DNA from: an uncultured Muribaculaceae bacterium
Lineage (GTDB): Bacteria; Bacillota_I; Bacilli_A; RF39; UBA660
NCBI GenBank assembly: GCA_964370105.1
Contig: CAYJHB010000001.1
Location: 1 to 33,212 of the forward strand
DNA: 33,212 nt
Direction of reading: 5' to 3'
The notes beneath the pieces are model-generated. The model searched no databases. It was not told the origin of the DNA and saw nothing but the letters and a program-made list of their open reading frames with translations. Of this stretch, positions 1-10,421 are shown in pieces. The position numbers and the translations under genes are program-made. Position 1 is the first letter of the stretch. The number at the start of each line of letters is the position of its first letter.

Positions 1-2
1 CA

Positions 3-110
3 GTACCAGATACTGCAAGTGCAGGAACAATTTTGTTCACGATTTTAGGGCTTGCAATTATTGCTGGAGGAATAGGATTTACTATTTACAATGCAAAAAA
101 AACAGCGTAG
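3..110 (+). CDS. 3' end of a cell-wall-anchored surface protein (partial; the start lies upstream of the window) with a sortase sorting-signal-like tail
   Basis: Frame 3 is open from the window edge to TAG 108-110. It reads VPDTASAGTILFTILGLAIIAGGIGFTIYNAKKTA: a Pro-x-Thr-Ala motif, a ~20-residue hydrophobic span and a basic KK tail. It overlaps the start of the sortase gene by 20 nt. It is not in the supplied ORF track because no start lies in the window. Confidence 0.55.
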   Translation, partial: VPDTASAGTILFTILGLAIIAGGIGFTIYNAKKTA

Positions 111-735
111 ACTTTTGTGGTTGCAAACAGTCATTGTCACAATCGGAATATTATTTTTAACCATTAACATAGTTGGAGCCAAAAGGACTCTGGCTTTTGA
201 TTATATGAATAGAAAGTATTTTGCTGAAGGAACAGATATTACACAAGACAAAGAAATTGATATCACAACAGATGTTGTTGATGAATCAATTCCTAAGGAA
301 GATTTAATTCCTGATGACAGTGATGCTTATTATATTGGATATTTAGAAATACCTAAAATCGGATTGCAAAGGGGATTCGTTGATGTAAATTCACCTGATA
401 ATACAGTTGAAAAAAATGTCCAAATAATAGAATCATCTTATATGCCTAATGTAGAAAGAGGTAATTTCATATTAGCAGCTCATTCAGGACCGGCTAATAT
501 ATCATATTTTAATGACTTATATCTTTTACAAGTAGGAGATGAAGCAACTGTTAGTTATAACAGAATAAAATATGTATACCAAATTACCAAAATATATACT
601 CAACCTAAAGTAGGACAAGTTGCGATATATCGTGATGAAACAAAAACAACATTAACATTAGTTACTTGCACTAATCATGATAGTACGACACAAACAATTT
701 ACATTGCAGAATTAACACAAAAAATAATAGAATAA
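91..735 (+). CDS. Sortase-family transpeptidase (N-terminal membrane anchor)
   Basis: N-terminal TM segment LLWLQTVIVTIGILFLTINIV. Contains the IPKIGL strand motif, the His motif NFILAAHSG and the TLxTC-type motif LTLVTCT (Cys codon 667-669). It sits adjacent to a sorting-signal-bearing ORF. No good SD precedes ATG 91, so the start is uncertain. Confidence 0.85.
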   Translation: MQKKQRRLLWLQTVIVTIGILFLTINIVGAKRTLAFDYMNRKYFAEGTDITQDKEIDITTDVVDESIPKEDLIPDDSDAYYIGYLEIPKIGLQRGFVDVNSPDNTVEKNVQIIESSYMPNVERGNFILAAHSGPANISYFNDLYLLQVGDEATVSYNRIKYVYQITKIYTQPKVGQVAIYRDETKTTLTLVTCTNHDSTTQTIYIAELTQKIIE

Positions 736-764
736 AAAGAATAAATAAATAGGGATGGAGGCAC

Positions 765-1610
765 GTGATGGTTCAAGTAACATTTGATCGTATGATGGAA
801 ACTTTTTTCAAGTTTCTTGGATACTCTTGGATAACAATAGTTATTCTAGTGGTAGTTATTGGAATTGCCTTTGTTTTCTATACGACAAATAACATTAATA
901 AACAACAAAGTAAAAATTTATATATAATAATGTACTTAGTTATAATAATAGCTGTCATTATAATGAACTTTGAGAATCTTCATAAATTTGGTGATTATCT
1001 TTTAGATCATTTCTTTGTAGCATTATATTTTCCAAATGTTGTAATATATGGTTTTGTCATATTAACAGCAAATATAATTACTTTAAGAAGTGTCTTTAAT
1101 CAACATATTGATAAAGGCTTGAGATTACTAAATGTAATAGCCTTTTCAATAATACATTATCTATTAATATTAGCACTAATTGCGATAGCAGATAATGGAA
1201 TAGATATTTTTAATGAAGTTGCAGTTTATGAAAATGTAGATTTATTATCACTAGTACAATTAAGTATGTATGTTTTTGCAACTTGGATGCTGTTATTGAT
1301 GACATATTATGGATTGAGAAAAATTAATTATGTTAGTCGTAAAAAACCAAATTTAATCGACTCACCATCATTAATTGTTAATCAATTAGAACAAACACCA
1401 AATATCAAATTTAGTGATACACAACCGCAAACATGGCGTGGAGTAATTCCACCCAATGCAGTGTTGAAAACTGAAAGTAATAATGTGAATAACATCTTAG
1501 AACAAAAATTAGAAAGTAAGTTAAATCAACAAACACTTATAAATGATAATTTTACTAAAGATGAGTATCGAATTATGTTAGAAATTTTAAAAAAAGAAAA
1601 TATAAAGTAA
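765..1610 (+). CDS. Polytopic membrane protein of unknown function
   Basis: 281-aa ORF. GGAGG at 756-760 lies upstream of GTG 765 / ATG 768. There are several hydrophobic spans in the first ~190 aa and a hydrophilic C-terminal tail. I recognise no family motif. Confidence 0.6.
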   Translation: MMVQVTFDRMMETFFKFLGYSWITIVILVVVIGIAFVFYTTNNINKQQSKNLYIIMYLVIIIAVIIMNFENLHKFGDYLLDHFFVALYFPNVVIYGFVILTANIITLRSVFNQHIDKGLRLLNVIAFSIIHYLLILALIAIADNGIDIFNEVAVYENVDLLSLVQLSMYVFATWMLLLMTYYGLRKINYVSRKKPNLIDSPSLIVNQLEQTPNIKFSDTQPQTWRGVIPPNAVLKTESNNVNNILEQKLESKLNQQTLINDNFTKDEYRIMLEILKKENIK

Positions 1611-1634
1611 TGCAAAAAAAGCATTATTTTTTTT
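1608..1634 (+). terminator. Rho-independent terminator after the sortase/membrane-protein unit
   Basis: TAATGC (1608-1613), loop of 7 A, GCATTA (1621-1626), then a T-run at 1627-1634. It overlaps the TAA stop. Confidence 0.7.
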
Positions 1635-1640
1635 AATTTC

Positions 1641-1669
1641 TTTAATAATGCTAGAAACTATTGTATAAT
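1641..1669 (+). promoter_or_regulatory. Possible sigma-A promoter for pcrA
   Basis: Perfect -10 TATAAT at 1664-1669. A weak -35-like TTTAAT at 1641-1646 sits at 17-nt spacing. The element is 22 nt upstream of the pcrA ATG region with SD GGGAG. Confidence 0.35.
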
Positions 1670-1690
1670 GAATATAGGGAGTAAGGTATT

Positions 1691-3778
1691 ATGAAATTAG
1701 ATAACTTAAATAAAGAACAACAAGAAGCCGTAATATATAATGAAGGACCACTATTAATACTAGCAGGAGCTGGATCAGGAAAGACAAGGGTTCTAACAAC
1801 AAAAATTGCCTATTTAATTGAACAAGGAATAAGCCCATATAATATCCTGGCTATTACATTTACTAACAAAGCTGCTAAAGAAATGAAAGAGAGAGTTAAT
1901 CAACTAGTAGGAGACGACTCAAGATACATTCAAGTATCAACATTTCACAGTTTTGGGTTGAAAATAGTAAAAGAAAATTATCAAAGATTAAGTTACGAAA
2001 AAAACTTTGTAATAATGGACAGTGATGATTCTTTAACTATTATCAAAAAAATATTAAAAGAAAAAAATCTAGATCCTAAAATATATAATCCTAAAGCTAT
2101 AAAAAATAAAATAAGTAGTTGTAAAAATGAATTGATGAGTCCCAATGATTATGCTAAATATGCTTCGAGTGATTATGAGAAAACTATAGTAGAAGTATTT
2201 GAAAAGTATGAAAAAAAATTAAGAAACAACAATTCTCTAGATTTTGATGATTTATTATTATTACCAATAAAGCTGTTTAAAGAAAATAAAGATGTCTTAG
2301 AAGCTTATCAAGATAGATATAAGTATATTTTAATTGATGAATATCAAGATACTAACGAGGCTCAATATATAATGTCAAAAATGATCGCAGCCCAGTATCG
2401 AAACATTGTTTGTGTAGGAGATATAGACCAAGCAATTTATTCTTGGCGAGGTGCTAATTATAGAAACATTTTAAATTTTGAAAAAGATTACAGAGAAGCA
2501 AAAACAATTCTCCTAGAAGATAATTATCGATCAACTAAAATGATTTTAGATGCTGCTAATGATGTAATAAAAAATAATAAAAATAGAAAAGACAAAGTAC
2601 TAAGATCTAATAAAAGTGATGGTAATAAAATAGAATACTACCGCGCATATGATGAAAAAGACGAAGCAAAATATGTCGTTGAAGAAGTAAAAAAATTAAA
2701 ACAAAATAATATAGAATATAACAATATAGCTGTATTATATCGAACTAATGCTCAGTCAAGAACTTTAGAAGAAGCTATGTTAAAAGAAAATATTCCTTAT
2801 AAAGTAATCGGAAGTGTTTATTTCTATAACCGAAAAGAAATTAAAGACTTACTTGCTTATTTAAAACTAATTCATAATCAAAGAGATAATGTAAGTTTAG
2901 TTAGAACTATTAATACTCCAAAAAGAGGTATAGGGCTAAAAACAATAGAAAATTTAACTACTAAAGCTGATGAGCAAGATATAAGTATATTTGAAGCTAT
3001 AACCAGTGGAAAAGAATTAGGTTTTAAAGAAATAATAAATAAATTAATTATTGAAAAAGAAAAGTGTACATTAACTGAATTAATTGATAAAGTATTAGAG
3101 TTATCAGGGATTAAAGAAGAGTATGAAAAAGAAGAAACGCTAGAAAGTGAAATTAGATTAGAAAATTTAGAAGAATTCAAGTCTATTACTAAAGCATTTG
3201 AAGAAAGAGAAGGATTAATATCATTAGAAGATTTTTTATATGAAGTAAGTTTAGTAAGTGATGTTGCTGAATACAAAGAAGATAATAATAGAGTTAGTCT
3301 AATGACAACACATGCTGTAAAAGGATTAGAGTTTGATAATGTATTTGTAGTTGGATTAGAAGAAAGTATTTTTCCACATATTAATTCCCTTATGGAATCA
3401 AGCGAAGTAGAAGAAGAAAGACGGCTATGTTATGTGGCGATTACTAGAGCAAGAGAAAAATTATATTTAGTTAATGCAAGAAGAAGAATCTTATTTGGAA
3501 ATGATCAAATAAATCCACCTAGTAGATTCATAAGTGAAATAAATAAAGAATTAATCGAAATAAAACATAAGGAAATAAAAGAAGAAAAAATAATAAAAAA
3601 AGAAGATGTTTATTACGAAGAACCAGTTGATTATAATAATGGAGATTATGTTTACCATGAAAATTTTGGTACTGGTAAAATAATAGAAGTAACAAATACA
3701 TTAGTAACTGTCGCATTTAAACATCCAATAGGTATTAGAAAGCTGTTGAAAAACCACAAAAGTTTATCTAAAGTATAA
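1691..3778 (+). CDS. pcrA: ATP-dependent DNA helicase PcrA (UvrD/Rep superfamily 1)
   Basis: Walker A AGAGSGKT, motif II LIDEYQDTN, TFH, YRS and VTRA-type (AITRAREKLYL) helicase motifs. 695 aa. Shows the conserved pcrA-ligA neighbourhood. Confidence 0.95.
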   Translation: MKLDNLNKEQQEAVIYNEGPLLILAGAGSGKTRVLTTKIAYLIEQGISPYNILAITFTNKAAKEMKERVNQLVGDDSRYIQVSTFHSFGLKIVKENYQRLSYEKNFVIMDSDDSLTIIKKILKEKNLDPKIYNPKAIKNKISSCKNELMSPNDYAKYASSDYEKTIVEVFEKYEKKLRNNNSLDFDDLLLLPIKLFKENKDVLEAYQDRYKYILIDEYQDTNEAQYIMSKMIAAQYRNIVCVGDIDQAIYSWRGANYRNILNFEKDYREAKTILLEDNYRSTKMILDAANDVIKNNKNRKDKVLRSNKSDGNKIEYYRAYDEKDEAKYVVEEVKKLKQNNIEYNNIAVLYRTNAQSRTLEEAMLKENIPYKVIGSVYFYNRKEIKDLLAYLKLIHNQRDNVSLVRTINTPKRGIGLKTIENLTTKADEQDISIFEAITSGKELGFKEIINKLIIEKEKCTLTELIDKVLELSGIKEEYEKEETLESEIRLENLEEFKSITKAFEEREGLISLEDFLYEVSLVSDVAEYKEDNNRVSLMTTHAVKGLEFDNVFVVGLEESIFPHINSLMESSEVEEERRLCYVAITRAREKLYLVNARRRILFGNDQINPPSRFISEINKELIEIKHKEIKEEKIIKKEDVYYEEPVDYNNGDYVYHENFGTGKIIEVTNTLVTVAFKHPIGIRKLLKNHKSLSKV

Positions 3779-3787
3779 GGAGAAAAA

Positions 3788-4699
3788 ATGAGTAAATTAA
3801 CATTAGTAGTAATGGCGGCTGGTATGGGAAGTCGCTTTGGAGGTTTAAAACAAATAGAACCAGTAGGACCTTCAGGAGAAATAATTATAGATTATAATAT
3901 TTATGATGCTATAGAGAGTGGCTTTGAAAAAGTAGTGTTCATCATCAAAGAAGAATTACTAGATATTTTCAAAACCATCATTGGTGATAAAATTAGTGAA
4001 AAAGTAGAAGTAGATTATGTTTTTCAAAATAATAATAATGTCCCTGAACATTATCACTTTCCGCAAAGTAGAACAAAACCACTAGGTACAGGACACGCAA
4101 TACTATGTGCTAAAGATAAAGTTGATGGTAATTTCGCCGTTATCAATGCTGATGATTACTATGGTAAGGACGCAATAAAAAAAGTGGCTGACTATTTAAA
4201 AAAATTAAATAATGAAGAGAAAGAATGTAAAGATTATGCTCTAGTAGGATATAGAATTTTAAATACATTAACAGAACATGGGGAAGTAAGAAGAGGAGTA
4301 TGTGAAATAGAAAATAAGTACTTACTATCTTTAACCGAAAGTTCAGTTAAACAAGAAAACAATAAAATAATTGTAGACCCAGTAGATACATTAGAGCAAT
4401 ATGAAGTAAATGGAAACACATTAGTATCAATGAATCTATTTGGTTTTTCAAAAGATTTTATGTATTCGCTAGAAAATCATTTTCATGCATTTTTAGATGA
4501 AAATAGAGAAAACTTTTTAACTTGTGAGTACCAATTACCAACTGTAGTTAAACAAGAAATGGATTTAAACAAAGCAAAAGTAGAAGTAATTGAAACAATT
4601 TCACGTTGGTATGGCGTAACATATCATGCAGATAAAGATTCAATTGTAAAAGCAATTGATAAAATGGTTGAAGAGGGGTTATATCCATCAAAAATATAA
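3788..4699 (+). CDS. Sugar-phosphate nucleotidyltransferase family protein (specificity unknown)
   Basis: N-terminal signature VVMAAGMGSRFGGLKQ (G-x-G-x-R ... KQ, as in IspD/TarI/GlmU-N type NTP transferases), plus a GTGHA motif and an INADDYYG acidic motif. SD AAGGAG lies 5-6 nt upstream of the ATG. Confidence 0.75.
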   Translation: MSKLTLVVMAAGMGSRFGGLKQIEPVGPSGEIIIDYNIYDAIESGFEKVVFIIKEELLDIFKTIIGDKISEKVEVDYVFQNNNNVPEHYHFPQSRTKPLGTGHAILCAKDKVDGNFAVINADDYYGKDAIKKVADYLKKLNNEEKECKDYALVGYRILNTLTEHGEVRRGVCEIENKYLLSLTESSVKQENNKIIVDPVDTLEQYEVNGNTLVSMNLFGFSKDFMYSLENHFHAFLDENRENFLTCEYQLPTVVKQEMDLNKAKVEVIETISRWYGVTYHADKDSIVKAIDKMVEEGLYPSKI

Positions 4700-6688
<1,989 letters not shown>

Positions 6689-6707
6689 AAGAAAATACCA
6701 ATAAATT

Positions 6708-6729
6708 AATGCCTTTTTGGCATTTTTTT
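6708..6729 (+). terminator. Rho-independent terminator after ligA
   Basis: AATGCC (6708-6713), TTTTT loop, GGCATT (6719-6724), then a T-run to 6729. Confidence 0.75.
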
Positions 6730-6737
6730 GTTATAAT
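6729..6737 (+). promoter_or_regulatory. Extended -10 promoter element for gatCAB
   Basis: TGtTATAAT at 6729-6737, about 25 nt upstream of the gatC start. No convincing -35 is present. Confidence 0.4.
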
Positions 6738-6762
6738 ATATAATATAAAAAGGAGATATTAT

Positions 6763-7059
6763 ATGAATAAAATATTAACTGATAAAGAAGTATTACATAT
6801 TGCTCATCTTGCTAGAATTAAAGTGAGTGAAAGTGATATTGAGAAGTATAAAGTACAATTAGGTGTTTTAATAGAGGAAGTAGATAAAATCAAAGAAGTA
6901 ATAAATAATGATGATGAGATATTAATAAGTCCAGTTAATCATGAAAGTATACTACGTGAAGATAAAGAAAAACCTAGTTTAAGCGAAATGGAAATAATGA
7001 AAAACGTCCCTTCTAAAGAAGGTAATTTTATAAAGGTACCGGTGATGATAAATGAGTAA
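6763..7059 (+). CDS. gatC: Asp/Glu-tRNA(Asn/Gln) amidotransferase subunit C
   Basis: MNKILTDKEVLHIAHLARIKVSESDIEKY is a typical GatC N-terminus. SD AGGAGA lies 7 nt upstream of ATG 6763. The track start at 6709 lies inside the ligA terminator hairpin and is rejected. Confidence 0.9.
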   Translation: MNKILTDKEVLHIAHLARIKVSESDIEKYKVQLGVLIEEVDKIKEVINNDDEILISPVNHESILREDKEKPSLSEMEIMKNVPSKEGNFIKVPVMINE

Positions 7060-8506
7060 GTATATAGATTTAACAATAGAAAAAATACATGAATTATTAG
7101 GTAATGGTACCATTAAACCAGTTGATTTAGTAAATGAATGTTTTGAAAGAATAGAGGCAAATAAAGATTTAAATGCCTTCATTACATTAGCAAAAGAGCA
7201 AGCTACAAAAGAAGCAATTGATTTGGAAAAAATTGATTTTGAAGAAGAAAATCTTTTCTTTGGAATACCAATTGCTATTAAAGATAATATAGTTACTAAG
7301 GATTTGCTAACAACTTGTGGATCAAAAATACTTAGTAATTTTATCCCTATATATGACGCAACAGTTATTGAGAAAATAAAGTCTAAACATATGATTGTAA
7401 TTGGTAAAACAAATATGGATGAGTTTGCAATGGGGTCAACTAGTGAAACTAGTTACTTTGGAGCACCACTTAATCCACATAATAAAGAGTTAGTAACAGG
7501 AGGATCCTCTGGAGGAAGTGCATCTTGCATTGCGGCTAATTTAGTGCCATTATCTTTAGGAAGTGATACAGGAGGATCTATTAGACAACCTGCCAGTTAC
7601 TGTGGACTAGTTGGGATGAAACCAACATATGGAAGAGTATCTAGATATGGAGTAGTAGCATTTGGATCAAGTCTTGATCAATTAGGACCAATGACTAGAA
7701 ATGTTAAAGAAAATGCATATTTACTTAATGTTATTTCAGGTCATGATGAAAAGGATTTAACATCTAGCGACACTTTAGTAGATGATTATACTAAGTTATT
7801 AGGTGAAGATATTAAGGGTATGAAAATTGGTGTTGTTAATTATTTCATGAGTGATATAGTTAACGAAGAAATTCGCACTAAAGTTAACGAAACTATTAAG
7901 TTACTAGAAGCGAAGGGAGCTCTTATAGATTATGTAGATATTGACTACATAGAAAATGCTGTGAATCTATATCAAATAATTGCAATGGGTGAAGCTAGTA
8001 GTAATCTTGCACGTTTTGATGGAATACGTTATGGATATCATACTGAAAACTATGAAAATTTAGAAGATATGTATAAAAAAACTCGTGCTGAAGGTTTTGG
8101 CGATGAAGTTAAAAGACGTATTATGGTTGGTTCATATATTCTAAGTGGTGAAAACGCTAAAATATATTATGATAAAGCTATGCGAATTCGCGATGATATA
8201 AAGAAAAATTTTGAAGAAAAGTTTACTACATATGACTTGTTGATAGGGCCAACAACTACAACAACAGCACCTAAATTAGGTGAAGGACTTAATGATCCAA
8301 TGAAAAGCTTCTTAGATGATATCCTAGTAATACCAGTTAACATGGCAGGTCTTCCAGCTTTATCTCTACCGATTGGTTTCTCAAAAGAAAACATGCCAAT
8401 TGGATTACACATCATAGGAAAAGCATATGATGAAAAAACAATTTATAAATTAGCTTATTTCTTAGAACAAGATTTAAAAATAGAGGGAGTGAATATTAAT
8501 GAGTAA
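7052..8506 (+). CDS. gatA: Glu-tRNA(Gln) amidotransferase subunit A
   Basis: Amidase signature GGSSGGSA and SDTGGSIRQPAS. 484 aa. Overlaps gatC by 8 nt. Confidence 0.97.
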   Translation: MSKYIDLTIEKIHELLGNGTIKPVDLVNECFERIEANKDLNAFITLAKEQATKEAIDLEKIDFEEENLFFGIPIAIKDNIVTKDLLTTCGSKILSNFIPIYDATVIEKIKSKHMIVIGKTNMDEFAMGSTSETSYFGAPLNPHNKELVTGGSSGGSASCIAANLVPLSLGSDTGGSIRQPASYCGLVGMKPTYGRVSRYGVVAFGSSLDQLGPMTRNVKENAYLLNVISGHDEKDLTSSDTLVDDYTKLLGEDIKGMKIGVVNYFMSDIVNEEIRTKVNETIKLLEAKGALIDYVDIDYIENAVNLYQIIAMGEASSNLARFDGIRYGYHTENYENLEDMYKKTRAEGFGDEVKRRIMVGSYILSGENAKIYYDKAMRIRDDIKKNFEEKFTTYDLLIGPTTTTTAPKLGEGLNDPMKSFLDDILVIPVNMAGLPALSLPIGFSKENMPIGLHIIGKAYDEKTIYKLAYFLEQDLKIEGVNINE

Positions 8507-9908
8507 TTACAAAGTAACAATCGGAATAGAAGTCCATGTTGAATTACACACTAAAACAAAAATATTTTCTCCAAGCTTAAACCAAGTTAATAATTTTGCT
8601 AATAGTAATGTAAATGTAATTGATTTAGGGTATCCAGGGACATTACCACTTATTAATAAAGAAGTAATTAATCAAGCAATTAAAGCCGCTAGTGTATTTA
8701 ATTGTAATATTACTAAGAGAATGCACTTCGATCGTAAAAATTACTTCTATCCAGATAATGCTAAAAATTATCAAATAACGCAGAATAGAACACCAATAGG
8801 TACTAATGGATATATAGATATTGGTGATAAATTAATATATTTAGAAGAAATGCATATTGAAGAAGATACAGCAAAGAGTATGCATCAAGATAAAAATAGT
8901 TTATTAGATTTTAATCGCTCTGGTGTACCTTTAATTGAGATAGTTACAAAGCCATGCATTACCTCTGGTGAGGAAGCAGTGAAGTACTTAGAAAAGCTAA
9001 GAGAAACACTTTTTTATGCAGGAGTAAGTGATTGTAAAATAGAAGAAGGAAGTATGCGTTGTGATGCTAATGTTTCTATAAGTAAAACAGAAGAGTTAGG
9101 TACTAAAATAGAAATAAAAAATATTGGTTCAATTAGTAATGTTAAACTAGCGATAGATAGTGAAATTAAAAGACAAGAAACTTTATTAGAACAAGGAGAA
9201 GTCCTTCGTGAAGAAACTCGTCGTTTAGATGAAAAAAATGGTACTACTATTCTTATGCGAGTAAAAGAAGTTGGAAATGATTATCGTTACTTTCCTGAAC
9301 CTGATATTCCATACATAGTACTTACTGATGAACAAATAAATAAAGCTGTAGAAACAATTCCAATGATGCCAAAAAAACGTCGAGAAATATATTTAGAAAA
9401 AGGAATTAATCCAGTTAATATTGAAAAAATAATTTCAAATATTACAATTAGTGATTATTTAAATACATATTTAGATACTGATATTGATTTAGTAATTGCA
9501 AGTAATTTATTGCTTGGTGATATTGCTTCATACTTAAACAAAACAAATTTAAAATTAGAGAATACTAAACTAACACAAGAAAAGCTGATTGCTCTAGTAA
9601 ATAAAATCTCTTCTAAAGAACTTACTAGTAAAAATGTTAAAGATATTTTAGAAGATTTATTGAGTACAGATACTAGTCTAGAAGAAATAATTAAATCAAA
9701 AAATATTACTAATATAAGTGATAGTAATATTTTATTAGAAATAGTAACTGAAGTAATAAAAAATAATCCTGAAAGTGTAACTGATTATAAAGAAGGAAAA
9801 GACCGAGCTATTAAATATTTAATGGGTCAAATAATGAAAGAGACTAAAGGATCAGCTAATCCTAGCCTAGTTACTAGCTTATTAGTAGAAGAGTTAAAAA
9901 AACAATAA
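8499..9908 (+). CDS. gatB: Asp/Glu-tRNA(Asn/Gln) amidotransferase subunit B
   Basis: N-terminus IGIEVHVEL, with the YFYPD and RCDANVS motifs and a C-terminal YqeY-like tail (GQIMKETKGSANP). Overlaps gatA by 8 nt. Confidence 0.97.
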   Translation: MSNYKVTIGIEVHVELHTKTKIFSPSLNQVNNFANSNVNVIDLGYPGTLPLINKEVINQAIKAASVFNCNITKRMHFDRKNYFYPDNAKNYQITQNRTPIGTNGYIDIGDKLIYLEEMHIEEDTAKSMHQDKNSLLDFNRSGVPLIEIVTKPCITSGEEAVKYLEKLRETLFYAGVSDCKIEEGSMRCDANVSISKTEELGTKIEIKNIGSISNVKLAIDSEIKRQETLLEQGEVLREETRRLDEKNGTTILMRVKEVGNDYRYFPEPDIPYIVLTDEQINKAVETIPMMPKKRREIYLEKGINPVNIEKIISNITISDYLNTYLDTDIDLVIASNLLLGDIASYLNKTNLKLENTKLTQEKLIALVNKISSKELTSKNVKDILEDLLSTDTSLEEIIKSKNITNISDSNILLEIVTEVIKNNPESVTDYKEGKDRAIKYLMGQIMKETKGSANPSLVTSLLVEELKKQ

Positions 9909-9909
9909 A

Positions 9910-9938
9910 TTGCACTTATAAAAAACATAGTGTATAAT
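9910..9938 (+). promoter_or_regulatory. Sigma-A-type promoter for the 9962-16268 gene string
   Basis: -35 TTGCAC at 9910-9915, 17-nt spacer, -10 TATAAT at 9933-9938. It lies in the 53-nt gap after gatB. Confidence 0.6.
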
Positions 9939-9961
9939 ATATAATACGAGGATGTGAAAAA

Positions 9962-10411
9962 ATGAATTTGATGAAAACTATGCGTAAAAACAAATCAACC
10001 GTAGTAGTGATTTTAATATTTATTATCTTAATATTTGCTGCACTAGCAGTACAAGACTGGTTTTTTCCTGATGAGAGAAAAGCAATCTATGGAGATATAG
10101 AAGGTTTAGAAGAACATCAATTTACTGAAGATTTACAGGAAGCATTAACTACTAAGTTCAAAGAAAATGCAGCGGTTAAAGAAGTTAGTTATATTGTTAA
10201 AGAAGCTAAATTAATTACAGTTGTACTAACCTTAACTGACGAAACAACAATTGATAGTGCAAAAACAGTTCCTAATCTTATTTTAGAGAATGTCGAAGAA
10301 AAGTATTTAACGTTTTATGATTGGCAAGTTATGATAACAAAGGATATTGAACAAGAAGGATTCCCTCTTATTGGATATAAACATCATACACTTCCAACAT
10401 TTACATATTAA
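9962..10411 (+). CDS. Small N-terminally membrane-anchored protein of unknown function
   Basis: 149-aa ORF with SD GAGGA upstream. It has one TM segment (VVVILIFIILIFAALAV) followed by an acidic soluble domain. No family recognised. Confidence 0.6.
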   Translation: MNLMKTMRKNKSTVVVILIFIILIFAALAVQDWFFPDERKAIYGDIEGLEEHQFTEDLQEALTTKFKENAAVKEVSYIVKEAKLITVVLTLTDETTIDSAKTVPNLILENVEEKYLTFYDWQVMITKDIEQEGFPLIGYKHHTLPTFTY

Positions 10412-10421
10412 GGAGTAACAA

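Noticed and set aside
6709-6762. N-terminal extension of gatC in the ORF track (MPFWHFFVIIYNIKRRYY…).
   Set aside because: ATG 6709 lies inside the stem of the ligA terminator hairpin and upstream of the predicted extended -10 element. ATG 6763 has a proper AGGAGA SD and yields a canonical GatC N-terminus.
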